From the NCBI GenBank assembly GCA_973895155.1, contig OZ316891.1, forward strand, positions 2,037,324-2,101,323: a stretch of 64,000 nucleotides of DNA, written 5' to 3'. The position numbers and the translations under genes were made by a program. Positions 40,170-52,100 of this stretch are shown one piece after another; the first letter of the stretch is position 1; every line of letters starts with the position of its first letter. The DNA is from Marsupella aquatica (lineage: Eukaryota > Plantae > Marchantiophyta). The notes under the pieces are model-generated. The model was not told where the DNA came from. It ran no database searches and saw only the letters and a list, made by a program, of their open reading frames with translations.

Positions 40170-42878
40170 TCTGGCATGCCTGGGCAGCAAATGTGCCCAC
40201 AGAAATGTCAATGCTCTGAAGAAATTGTAGCTCGTTAACGGAGGATTTAGATAAGAGGTCATGGAACGGCACCAGTAATATTCTAGTCATAGTCAGGCTC
40301 TGTCACATACATTCTTTCATTCATATTTCACTATTCCGAGGAAGCGCATGTCTTGTCTTCTGGGGTTTTGTGATTTGGTAGGTTCGCTTGGTGGGCTGGT
40401 CCAATGGACTCAATGCTGTAACGGTTTTGTTAGTGCCCAATATCAATACATGAGTTGTATGTCTTACCGGCTAACAATGCCTGGGAGCTCGTTAGGTGAG
40501 ATACGGCGTCATTGGGTTATGGGGGTCTCCAATCTTCTTGGAAGGGCTGATTATTTCCGAGGTCATCAGGTGTCTACTTCCACTTTTTTCCCTTCTTGAT
40601 GTACTCTGCATTTAAGTGTCCTTGTTTGCACCTGTGAAAGAACCGTGCTCTTCATTTGGTGTCTAGAATTCAAATCTTGTGTAAGGAAATGATAATACTT
40701 GCCAACACAGATAGCCGTAGCCATGCCAGTCAAAAGCAATGAAATGGAGTCGTTTACTGCTTTGGCTATGAAGTCACAGTGAGGGTACTTCACTTGCTTT
40801 CTACTTTCCGTCCGGTGAGAGTGAAGGTTGAGTCCATCTTCTGCTCAATTTTGGAATCTACTTTGAGATTGCACCTCACCTACTCCGATTTCTTGGGCTG
40901 CCTCTGCGTCTGGGCAGCAGTTAAATCATCTTCGTCACCAGAAAGGAAAAGGAGGAAGCTGACAGGGTGAAGGGAATTAGAATGTGGCTTGGTGTTTTGA
41001 ACTCCGTGATCTAGTACTCCGCAAGAAGTTTTAGTTGGCTCTTGATCGAATGTGATTACGGCAATGTTTCATAAACCTACAGATAAAACGAACCAGTCTC
41101 TGCACCGAACAAGTGGAACTTGGGATCTTTTGCCGCATCTGTTGTAAGCGTCAGAAAAATTCTGCGTGGAGTTTTGAGCATGAGTACCATAAGCTATCTG
41201 CACACGAAATTTTGCTTGAAATTGGTCTAAAGCTGAATACGATCCCTGAGATGCCCACGAAATTTCCCACTGCGTGTCTGGTTGTGGGGAGGTGGGTCCA
41301 AGAGGCTCAGTCAGAAGGTACAGTAGGCCTCTTGACTGTGTACATGAGCGATGAAAGAGTCTGAACTCTACCTTCGGATCAGCTTCTCAGCAGTGTCGTG
41401 AAGACGCGTAGTACAAAACAAGAGGTACGAAGGGAGAAGGAAACAAAGTATGTTTCAGAGTTAGTGGTGGGAAAGAAATGGGTACAAACAACGAAACATG
41501 ATTGCGGAGCAAGAGAACAAGAACGCTTTCTGCACCGTCTAAACTGTCTTGTTCGATGTGGTTTCCAATTTGGGTCTGGCCAGCTGCGAAGGGTGAACCA
41601 CGGCACGTCACAAGATGGCGCTCGGCGGACGACGTCTCGATAAAGACGAGGATTGACGTCACCTTCCTATTTAAAGACCGAAAGAGACATAAAACTGGTC
41701 TATGAAACAAGCATAAACTTATGGGTCCGGATAGCAAGTGCTCGTCACTAGTATCGAACCATCGTCGACGCGAGAAACGTGTTTACCTTAGCAGAGAAGT
41801 GAATTCACAGCTCTCGTTCTGTTAAACATGCTCACTTTCCGAGGATGGTTCTCCAAATGGAATTTTGCTAAACGCGAACTCATGAAACTCAAGATAATTC
41901 TGTCACACTCCATCTTCACGCAACGTTTCTTCGGCGAGAGCAATCTCTGCAAGAATATGCAGAGAATGCATGTTTTGGTGTGACTATTGTCGAATAAAGC
42001 ACGGAGTACAACCATTTCACATTGGAGTACTAAAAAGTAGCCACAAGATCAAGTTAATTATGTAACGGTTTCAGTCTTGAGAATAATTATTGTAATATTT
42101 TGGTGGGAGGGTAATCTCAGTGACAATCTTTATGAACTTCCTGTTCCTATCAGACACCTGTCATGTTTTCGGCGAGGTTGGTGACATTATTGGACTGGAA
42201 AGGCCTGTCAGTTGAACTGTTTGGTACCTCATATAGCCAGTTTAACGAAAGCTGCTGCATCACAACATAGGAGGAGAACCTGTTTCTCAAGTCACGCGTT
42301 CCCAGACTGGGGATGGTTGTAAACTTGGCCGATCCGTCGCTTAACAGAGTGTTGGCAACCTCCGAAATCAGGGATTCCACGTCCAACTAAGCTCTGACCG
42401 CAATTGAGGCTTCGTGCACACGTATGCAAGAGCTGAAACGTTATAAACCAGTCGTTGAGCTTATCGGAAGACTGAAGATATACTGACGGCACGGGAAATG
42501 TCAAAATGACCAGCCCAAGAACGGCCAAATTCAGACTTTTTCGGGAATGACCAGCCCCGTCTAAAAGTCGTTTTGGGATGACATCCCCTCGTTATCTTCC
42601 ATGCAACTATCATGCAAGGGTCCCTCTTGAAACAAATGCACACTAGTCACGCTCTCACGTTACAACATTGTCGTACGGCAACAAATGTTAGTTTCTAGCA
42701 ATCCATACGAATTCACGAGCAACAGAATGTGAAGTTTTTCTGCTCCAAGAATATTGTGGGACCAACTAATGTACAAATTGCAATGTAGAAGAAGAAAGAG
42801 CACCCCAACCAGATATCAATCAGGGGCGGCGGTAGTAGTACCCTACAATAGCAGCATGGATCATCGGCGGATTCCTCT

Positions 42879-44693
42879 TCATGCTCGGATCTTTTCCGCT
42901 ACCCTCAGCATGAAGCTGTTCACGTCATCTTTGTCCAGCTTTATCCATGACGACTCAAATGCATATTGGCAGAGATCAGCTCCCATAATTTCAGCCACAT
43001 CTCGGAAAGCAAGCCCAAACTTGTTACCGTGAGGTACTCCAAGCCGAGGCCGGTGGGCGACTCCAACAATTAAATAGTACTTCGGACTACCGGGAACAGG
43101 AGCTGCTATAACCATGGGTTTTGGCCTACTCCCTTGTTCCTTGAGAGCATCCATCAAGAAGTAGCAAAATCGAGTCAACGACAACGGGTGGGCCAGCAAC
43201 TCCGTCTCGGCAGTCATTTCAAGTTTCAGAGCTCTAAACCCTCCGCTGCTTTTGATAACGTCCTTCCTCGCAATGGCGAGGCTCCCCTGTCGAATGATCG
43301 CACGCTGCACCTTGATAGCCATGTGCATTCCCTCCTGCAAAAGGCTCAAGTTGTCTGCCTTCAAAGCCTTCACCGCGTCCAAGAACTGGGCCCCTGAGTC
43401 GTCCGACTGAGAGCCTCCTTTCCACGTCTCCAGTACAGCTGTGACTCCGAAAACGACATCAGCAGCCGAGAGCTTCGCACTGTAACCGTGATATCTATTG
43501 AAGCTCCTGTAATAAAGGTCGGTCAATCCAGACGTGGACTCCTTTTCCTCGAACATTGTTTTCAAGTTCTTCTTTGTTTCACTCCTCATGTGCTGATATC
43601 TCTGCTGACATTCTACGAGCGGAATTCCCATATTGGCGAGCAGCAGCTTAAGCGTATGCAATCCATTGTCCGTCCACGTCTTGAGCTTCGTCGCCACGTA
43701 CGAGGAACAGAGCATGGAGTCGAACAGCGTCCACTCCCTGAGCAGCATGAGCCGAGGCTCATCCTCGAAGACGATCCTGGTCACATCCGGGACCCTTACT
43801 CGAGTCCCGTCCTTGAGCGTCGCCGATGTTTCTCTCTCCAAACATCCGGAGGTGGTCACATATATCTCCAATGTCCTAACACTCGACAGATACCGTTCGC
43901 TTGTGAGTCTCTCGTGGACATATTGATCCGTAAGAGCGACGCACGCTAACCAGAGATGCTCGTTGTTGTTCTTCCTTGCGGCGTGGCTCATTTCAAACAT
44001 GAGGAAACCAGACGGCTTTCCGTGATAAGAACCCTTGCTGTAGTACTCATGTTTCTTCCTCTTCAGCTCTCTCAAATAAGGATCTCCTCCTCCCTTCTGC
44101 TCGGCACCGTCTCCTGACCGCCTCCTCTTCCGCACACCATAATCTAGATCGTCGTCATCATCTTCGTCATCGTCGTCTTCGGCATCGTCATCTGACGCGT
44201 CCTTATCCGACTCGTCCTCGTCAACTCTGAGCTCGGGGCAATTCGCCAATTCATTCAGCCTGAAGCTGTAACGAATGTCGGTCTCGCCCTCATCTTCTTC
44301 AGTGTAGAGAACAACCACTCGTGGATTCAGCTCGCTGATGTTATGGAGGTGGATTGGTCGGTGGCTGTCTACCACGAAGACGTGAACGTTAGGGCCGCAA
44401 TTGAGCAGGCGGAGGAGGTCCTGTGAGGCGCCCCAATTGATGAGCACGACGACAGTGGCTTCTTCGGCGTTCAGCGAGAGGGTAGGGAGAGTCTTGATGT
44501 CGCCCGAATTTGCCACAGGGTATGCAGAGTAACGCACGGAATCGGAGGCAAGACAGAGGGTGAGAATTTGGAAAGCGCAGAGGGAATCGGTGTCTCGAGC
44601 TGAGGGGAAGATGAACACGGGGGATGATGGGGCGCTCAGTGCGGCATTCCGCAGGCGCTCGTAGAAAGCGGCTACGCTGGTCTCTCGCACCAT
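42879..44693 (-). CDS. CDC45: Cell division control protein 45 (CMG helicase component), single coding exon
   Basis: 604-aa ORF with DSLCA, VVLINWG, FVVDSHRPIHLHN, an acidic insert, YHGKPSG, LWLACVALTDQ, LLREWTLFDSM and LSAADVV. Confidence 0.95.
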   Translation of the reverse strand: MVRETSVAAFYERLRNAALSAPSSPVFIFPSARDTDSLCAFQILTLCLASDSVRYSAYPVANSGDIKTLPTLSLNAEEATVVVLINWGASQDLLRLLNCGPNVHVFVVDSHRPIHLHNISELNPRVVVLYTEEDEGETDIRYSFRLNELANCPELRVDEDESDKDASDDDAEDDDDEDDDDDLDYGVRKRRRSGDGAEQKGGGDPYLRELKRKKHEYYSKGSYHGKPSGFLMFEMSHAARKNNNEHLWLACVALTDQYVHERLTSERYLSSVRTLEIYVTTSGCLERETSATLKDGTRVRVPDVTRIVFEDEPRLMLLREWTLFDSMLCSSYVATKLKTWTDNGLHTLKLLLANMGIPLVECQQRYQHMRSETKKNLKTMFEEKESTSGLTDLYYRSFNRYHGYSAKLSAADVVFGVTAVLETWKGGSQSDDSGAQFLDAVKALKADNLSLLQEGMHMAIKVQRAIIRQGSLAIARKDVIKSSGGFRALKLEMTAETELLAHPLSLTRFCYFLMDALKEQGSRPKPMVIAAPVPGSPKYYLIVGVAHRPRLGVPHGNKFGLAFRDVAEIMGADLCQYAFESSWIKLDKDDVNSFMLRVAEKIRA

Positions 44694-45306
44694 GGCAGCA
44701 TAGACAACAACACGCCACTCTCCTGGCCATGGACCACTTCTAGGTCTCCATCTCTTCTACTCCCACCCTCATTCCCGAGTGAAGTGAGGGCTCTCCTTAA
44801 CAAAAGTGCTGTCCGTCTGTCCGCAGGGAGAAATCGCAGGGAGGTTCATAATATTTCAGCTGTTTGAGTGATTGCCGTATATTTGTTCAAGTGAACTGCA
44901 GGAGACATCAATTCCTGAAGTTTAGTAAGTCAAATTCAAATATCACTGAATGCTTGACAAGCTGGTGCACAGAATTTTTGTCAAGCCAAGATTTCTGTGC
45001 TGAGCTTTGACAAGATGCTTAAACCAAACGTAGTAGCGAACGAAAACGAGACAGTGTGAGTAGAGCAAAAGATTTCTGCGAGGGAGCTTGAGAAAATGCT
45101 TCGACCTGGTTACGAACGACTTGTACGAGATAGAGCCTTAACCAAAAGAGCTAAGAAGATTGCTGCGCTTCAACAAAATGCTTCAACAAAATGCTACAAC
45201 CTACCACTGCCATCGCGAACGCATTGACGACTCAAACGAACGCTCGACACAAGGCGAGATCACAACTTCAGGCGACGCTCCTGCACCAAAACTAAAGCGA
45301 AACAAA

Positions 45307-45470
45307 ACGCTACTGCTCCCGCCGGCCTCCGGATCGTCCAGGGTTTCTTGTGAAGATCGAGGTTCGCAAAAACCAGAAGCGAAGAATGAAATTGGGTGAC
45401 GCTACTGCTCCCGCCGGCCTCCGCATCGTCTTGGCTTTCTTCTGAAGATCGAGGTTCGCAAAAACCAGAT
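45307..45470. repeat. Direct duplication of about 92 bp upstream of CDC45
   Basis: ACGCTACTGCTCCCGCCGGCCTCCG...GAAGATCGAGGTTCGCAAAAACCAGA at 45307 and 45399. Confidence 0.85.
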
Positions 45471-45557
45471 GAGAAGGATGGCAGTGGGCGCTTCGGCGCT
45501 ATGGCTCTTTCTTCTCTACTACGGGCGAATTCGTGAATGAGGTCTAAGGGAACGAGA

Positions 45558-45672
45558 GATTTGAATTCCCCGACAAGCGAGAAGGTTTGAATGTTCGGAG
45601 CGGAGTAGGCGGGAGTGAGCGCTCTTCAAACGTTTGAATACCCGGCGGGAGTACCTGAGGGAGTTCCGCCCA
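45558..45672. promoter_or_regulatory. Cluster of CHR-like (TTTGAA/TTCAAA) and E2F-like (GGCGGGAG) motifs in the CDC45 upstream region
   Basis: TTTGAA at 45560, 45586 and 45633; TTCAAA at 45625; GGCGGGAG at 45608 and 45644. Confidence 0.55.
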
Positions 45673-46719
45673 CCTACCTTACGTGTAAGACAGTAAGAGA
45701 ATCGAATAGATTCCTAAACCGTCCAATCTGGACAGTCGGTTTCGATATGGACGGGTGAGATCTACATCGCTCGTACCACTTACTGCGGTCAGGCGGTGTG
45801 AGACGAGCGTGCGCACGTCACTGACATGTCGGGACTTGGGGAGGGGGGCTTCAAAACGCCCAAATTTGGTCGGGTCTGTACCGAACGATTCCATACAGTA
45901 CTAGTGGACTCATTTATGTCTCGTCAAAGGCAGGTCTGTGTCGCTCATTACAAGAACCACTGCAAGAGCCACCGTTTGTGCCACTGTAAGAAGCGCTCTT
46001 GTGACGGACTACAATTTATTAGTGTGTGTAATTATTGAGTGTAATGCAGTGTAATGCACGGTCCTTGCTTGTGTGGGAAAAGGATGACAGTGTAGACATC
46101 CGAATGAAGTCAGGAGGTTACTGTAAAGTGAGCCGAGGACGCGGTGATGACTGTAATGACGTTACTGTCGGTGGACGCAACACCTTGCGGCCTTTCTCCA
46201 CGTGTTGCTGTAACAGTACCGGACAGAGTACAGTAGGGACCATCAGGTTCGCGCGTGCCCCTTCAAATTATAACACAATGCCATAAATGCTTTCTTTAAT
46301 GCACATTTTGTTATTTCAAATAATGAATACCTTGATAAATCAGTGTTTTAGTTCAAACGCTTAAAACATTCCCACAATAATTCTAGTAAAATATTTAGAA
46401 CTCTTAAAACATTCCCACAATATTTGAAGCAAAATATTTTTCAAAAGTTGCACAAACACTACCTCAAAGTGCCATCAAAATTTTCTCAATACCATTTTTA
46501 ATTTTTAACACAATGTACCTATGTTTTCAGGTTGAACTTGTTGGGCTGCACAATTTTATCCTCTCTAGCAACCTTGTCAAGACACTTGAAATGGACCAAC
46601 CTCAAATTCTTTCTTTTGGAGGGAAAGGTGTTGAAGGATGGCTTCAGGCCAATCCAACCATCCTCCATCTGCAGATGTCTTGAGATGAGTTCTCCATCGC
46701 CATTTGTCTTTGTCTAGTG

Positions 46720-47638
46720 CTACACCATCCTTTTTCTTGTAGGTCTACCCACTTCATGTACATGTGGAAAACCTTGTGATGCCACAAAGGTCCATTTTCT
46801 TTGATGGAGTTTGGGAGACTAAACCATAATGGATCATGATATTGTGAGAGATGCTACTGCTCTCCCTTTCTGGATCTTTGGTACACATGTGGAGGGAGGT
46901 GATGCTTGAGCTACCTGGTCCTCCACCACAACGATTACGGGTTGATCTGACAATGGTCCATGATGGTCGACATATTTTGGCAGATGTTGTGGTAGCAAAC
47001 CCTTTGTGTCAAGACCTCATTGCGTTAGCAACAGCATCGGCAAGAGTAGTGACATCCCAAACGGCCACAACAAAAGTAGGCAAAATATGCCATTGGAGCT
47101 TCATTGGATTCTTTCCTCCCCCTCACTATTGAGTTTTTGGGCATCTTCATCATCAGTTTGATGAGCTTCTTCGATAGGCTACTCCTGAATTCACAAACGG
47201 ATCCTCCAGACCCCCACTATCCATCTTGACCACCTACTTTTGTCAGGGCATTTAAATGGCCTTACAACATGCTGCATTTATCATCGAGTCCTCACAATAG
47301 GAGCCACTGTGCCTCCGCCGATGCTAGCCTCCCTAGAGTACATTCCTGTCCCACTTGCTGATGTAGTTAGGACATTGGATGTGGCCTATTAGCTCTTGTT
47401 ACATTTTCCAATGCGGACACTAGTCACTGAGTTTGCACTCATGCATTGTTTGACACCCTTCCCTTCCCTTTATTTCTTCAGTTCTTTAGGTTTGCACTTG
47501 TTTTCTTTTTCTTTGTTTGGTTTTTGTCCTCTTTGGACCTCTTTTTCTTGGACCACTTTTTCTTGCCTTTCATTGTACTTTGTTTTTTTCCTGTTATATA
47601 ACTTTGGTGACTTGTTAAAATAAGAAAAAAAAAAAAAC
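46720..47638 (+). mobile_element. 3' remnant of an RLE-type (CRE/R2-like) non-LTR retrotransposon with poly(A)
   Basis: Degenerate HDIVRD...RVDLTMVHDGRHILADVVVANP...K...FFPLTIEFFG resembles a PD-(D/E)xK restriction-like endonuclease C-terminus. An A-tail sits at about 47625-47637. Confidence 0.6.
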
Positions 47639-47847
47639 TAATGTCAAAGTTTGAATGTTCCCAAATTTACAAATTTGTTCACATATTATTATTATTATTA
47701 TTATTATTGTTAATTGTTCATATCACACTGCCAATGGGCAAAAATGCCAAACCTGGAGACAAGATTCTAAAGGCAAAACAATCAAATAAAGGAAGACAAG
47801 AGGGAAGGGAAAGGGCCTAAGAAGACCAAAGAGGCTAAAATCCTACT

Positions 47848-47915
47848 GGGCCGAGAACTCAGTTGGCCAGAGGATGAGCCTAGAACCGAGAGGTCCCAGG
47901 TTCAATCCTCCCTCC
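47848..47915 (+). mobile_element. tRNA-derived SINE-like head or degenerate tRNA
   Basis: A-box-like AACTCAGTTGG (47856-47866) and B-box GGTTCAATCC (47899-47908) at tRNA spacing. No convincing cloverleaf. Confidence 0.5.
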
Positions 47916-48339
47916 ACACATAAGGGGTGTGGAGGGTATGTGTGTGTGTGTGGGTGGGGTGTAGTGGTGGGAGTATTGATTATCTCCTCAGCCTTGGTTG
48001 CCCACTTTGGGTTCTGGTTTAATCCTCTCTCCCTCCTGGTCTGGTCCCTGTCGGATCCCTGGGTATTATCCTCTTGTGACTGCCCTACATAGAAATGCAT
48101 GCTCCAAAGCAGGACGTCTATCCTCTGTTGGATGGGCCTGCTTTCAGTTTTCAAGGCAAAAAAAGCCTGGTAGGTTCATGCATAAATAGTTGGGAAAGTC
48201 ATGTCATTGATGTTGAACAACATTTGACTCAACATCATTTACTATTAAAAACATTCTGCAGCTCATGGACATTGGGCTACTGAAATATATGTATTGCACT
48301 ACCCCAACAATGAAAAGTATTATTTGACAAGAACCCTGA

Positions 48340-48573
48340 ATGATCCATACTATTGATGATTGACCTCGATAGACAGACATACCCAAAACCTCAGGGTCCT
48401 ATTAAGTAACAGTTTTTCATTTTGGTATCCATACTATTGATGATGGACCCTCAATAGACAGACATACCCAAAACCTCAGGGTGCTATTAAGTAACAGTTT
48501 TTCATTTTGGTATAGACAGACATACACAAAACCTCAGGGTCCTATTAAGTAACAGTTTTTTGATTTTGGTATC
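48340..48573. repeat. Tandem repeat x3
   Basis: AGACAGACATAC(C/A)CAAAACCTCAGGGT(C/G)CTATTAAGTAACAGTTTTT(C/TG)ATTTTGGTAT repeated three times. Confidence 0.85.
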
Positions 48574-49162
48574 CCATCAAACAAACATATACTTTCCCAG
48601 CGCGAGACCGGGACATACCTTTAGAACGACTAGTGACCAAACAACAATAATAAAGAGAAGAACGTACAGTCCTGTAAAGCAGAGAAGGAGTTACAAGAAA
48701 GGCACCGCCCACTAGCGACGGTAACCTGGAGTGCTCCCAGTGCACGTAGGGGAGGCAACCCGTCACCCCTGTGTTCCGACGGGTCCCGTGGATCAGCAGG
48801 TGTCCCTGATTGGCTCAACAGTCAGTACGCAACACAGGAAACGAGTAAAGCTCACAACAGGGGTTTCCGCGAAACGCACCGCCCTCTCAATTTGAGGAAA
48901 AGAAGGCACACGAAGAAACGACTGCGGCGATGATGAGAAAGGCATCGGTGGGGAAGAAGAAGGCAGAGGATTGAAGCGGAGGAGGTGTGAATTCCGAAGC
49001 AGGACGCAAGGTTCTTGAGATAATTGGAATCGATCGGACGAAGTAGGGAGAATTTGGGAGGGTATCGGAGTTTAGGGGCGGAGTTTCTGGCTTGCTGCTC
49101 ATGTTGTTTGGGACATGGGAGGAGGGAAGGGTGGAGAAGAGGGAGGAGATAGAGGCGAGGTG

Positions 49163-52100
49163 ATGATGGACAAGACGACGACGACGCCGACGACGGATTG
49201 GGCGGACGATGCCGACTATTCCGCCGTGCAGCAGCAGCAGCCCAATCAGCCGCAACGACAGAACCAAGCGCAGGAGTGGAATGGGGGATCCGGGTCCAAG
49301 TTGACAGTTGAGGTGAGAATGAATTACTTTGTGGAGTGTTGCTGTTGTTGATTCTTGGATTGCGTTCGCCGTGATGGTGTGTTTGTCTCTCTTTTGAGGG
49401 TTCTGCCGAATAGGGAGGGGGTTGTTTGCGGGGCCAGCAGACGCAGTGAGGGAAAGGTGATCGTGGCGGTCCGTAAGTCTTGCCTAAGGAGAGCGATAAC
49501 TTGCTGAGCATCGTGGTAGGTTGAGTATGTCGTCAGTAAGGCACAATTGCGGTCGTCCAATTCGTCATCGTGCAATCAGCTGGACTTTAGAATTTCGTGT
49601 TCAGGTTTTCAGCATATATCGTTGAGACGGGAGTTTTCGCTCACTTACAGCATGTGATCGACCAATGCCGAGGGGGAGCTTAGTCAGTAGTGGGCATGTT
49701 ATGAAGTCGATCGTCCGACTGAAATTAAGCATGGCTTCAATCACCGCTCATGAGCAGGAAAAATGATATGTAATTACCACATTTGGCATGCCCTCTGAGA
49801 GGGATACGCTGCTTAGCTTCAGCAGGGCCTCTTGTATTCGTTTTCAAAGGTGACCTTTACTTGTGAGCATGATGAGCTATGCCTATGAGCAACTTGTCTT
49901 GCGCTAGGCCAAGGCTAGCAGGTTGAAATTGAGGATTGGGAATCTCGTCGCTTCACTTTTCCTAGAAGGTCTTTGGGTTTACAAACCCTTGTCAGCAATG
50001 ATCCGCACTGCTGAAATTGACAGTTGTTTTCACCAGTTCAAATTCCTTACTAGGTTATTTTAATATGACCTTTTCCAATCTGTCGTGACTGCATTCACTG
50101 TCATGTTGCCCTGGGTGACTTCTTCCAAGGAATTGTGGATTGAATGTATCGTCCACAGCCTGGCTATTTACGCAAAGTCTGGACAGAATTGGAGAGAGAT
50201 CAATTTTGAATTGAGTGTGACAAACCTGTTAGAAACACGCCAAAAATATTACTTAGCCTGTGAGGAAATTGTTGTTTTTGAAGGGAGGAAGCCGGACCGG
50301 CTTGGTAAAGGAGACGGGTGCTGAGGCAGGAACTAGTGGTGGAATGGAGGCGCCATCGGAGGACTATGAAGTGGTTTACGTTAAGGATAATGTTTCAGTG
50401 CACCCAACGCAGCATGCAAATGGGAGAATCAGTGGGCGACTACGCCTTATCAAACAGGGTCCTTCACTTTTCATGGTACACATCTCTTTCGTTTCTCGAC
50501 ACGCCAGAAGTTACAGTCACTCCGCCAATCCGTGCGTTCCAGCAACTAATTGAATCTTTCTCAAGTCCCAGTTAGAAGTTTTTATTTGATTCAATTTAAG
50601 ATGTGACCAAACAGTTATGTGCCGGAAACAGTTACGGGTCTGTGCAGTTTGGTTTGCGTATGGTGCATACTTTAGTGTAGCCAGATAAATACGATCATTT
50701 TGACTCGTCCAGATTCCGTCAAAATTACCGTAGCATTGAGTGGAGTCTGTGTGCCAATGATGACATTTTCCATCAGGCAGACAGGGTCACGTTGCGCATA
50801 ACCGGCCTTCGAGTGACCTCAAAGACACTTTATGAGATTCCTGTAATGAATCTGGACGAATCCGCGGCATTTTGTTGATACGTTATAATATTGTTTTTTC
50901 TAACATGTACACGAATTTATTAATTGGCAGTACGTTTTCTGTTCTCTCACAGTGGTGGGCCTAACTCCCAATCTTCTGTGCTTTTCTAGCAGACCTGGAT
51001 ACCATACGCTCAGGGAGGGGCCTCCAAAAACGTCTCTACTTTAGTCGAGAACGGTGCGGCCAGGAACAAAAATAACATTAACAAAGCTGCTGACAGAGGT
51101 ACTGACACTGTTTTGCTGTGCCTGAACTCTTTTCACGTTGCTGTGCTACTAGGAGGGTGTGTAAGGTCCACGCAAGTGGAAGTTGCTAGAAAGCTTTATG
51201 TCATCGTCGGTCTATGCTTTTAAAGCAGTTCCTTTGCTAGAGACTTTCTTTGTGTTATTTGCTAACATTAATGGTCATGTCTGGTATCTGCACAGATCGA
51301 AATTTGTACACCATCCGTGCAATTTCATTGGCAGAAATGCGGTCAATTCGCCGTCACACGCCGCCCCTGGGGTGGCAGTATATCATTATTGTCTTGCAAT
51401 CAGGTCTGTACCTGGTCGTTTTGGCAGATTGTTCCCTGGAGCTGACTTTAGTCCCCGGTTCCAATATAATATGTCTCAGACGAAACTCTTGGATGGGGTT
51501 AACTGAAATTGGTGCCACGGTGGTGCAGGGCTTGCCTTCCCCCCTCTCTATTTTCACAATGGTGGAGTACGAGAGTTTTTGAATACCTTAAATCTTCATG
51601 CTAGCCTTATTAGGTAAGTGCTCTCCAGACTCTTGAAGTGGAGCTGAAGTTGATGTTGTCACTGACGTCGGGAGTAAAATGTTTTTTGTCTAGAGTGCGC
51701 CACTTGTCTACTGTCATGTGTAAAGTAGTTGTCCCACACTGGGATACAGTCCACCTATATGTTTTGGTCCCTGTTAGTACCTTGTTGGTAGGCACTCCAC
51801 TGCTTGTACGCATTGGTCATGCAGCTGTCACGGATTATTTTACCCAATGGATGTTCAGCTATCACCTTTGTCTTTGGTTTCACTCTCGACAATAAACAAT
51901 ATTTCCTCACAATGCCCTCATTGATAAAATCAGGTATTATGGGACCTTGAAACTGTGATCCTGTGAGTTGGTTTCATAACCCATTGGTGCAGATGGTTAA
52001 TGTGGTCTTTTATCATCTTTGTCAATGTAGGTCTGCAGAAGATGCAAATGTTTACCTTGTGAATGACATACAAGATCCACTTCAGGTACCCCTTATATAA

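Noticed and set aside
43134-44730. Overlapping ORFs on CDC45
   Set aside because: Shadow frames of a GC-rich coding sequence.
47848-47915. Functional tRNA gene
   Set aside because: Acceptor and anticodon stems do not pair convincingly; only the promoter boxes are recognisable.
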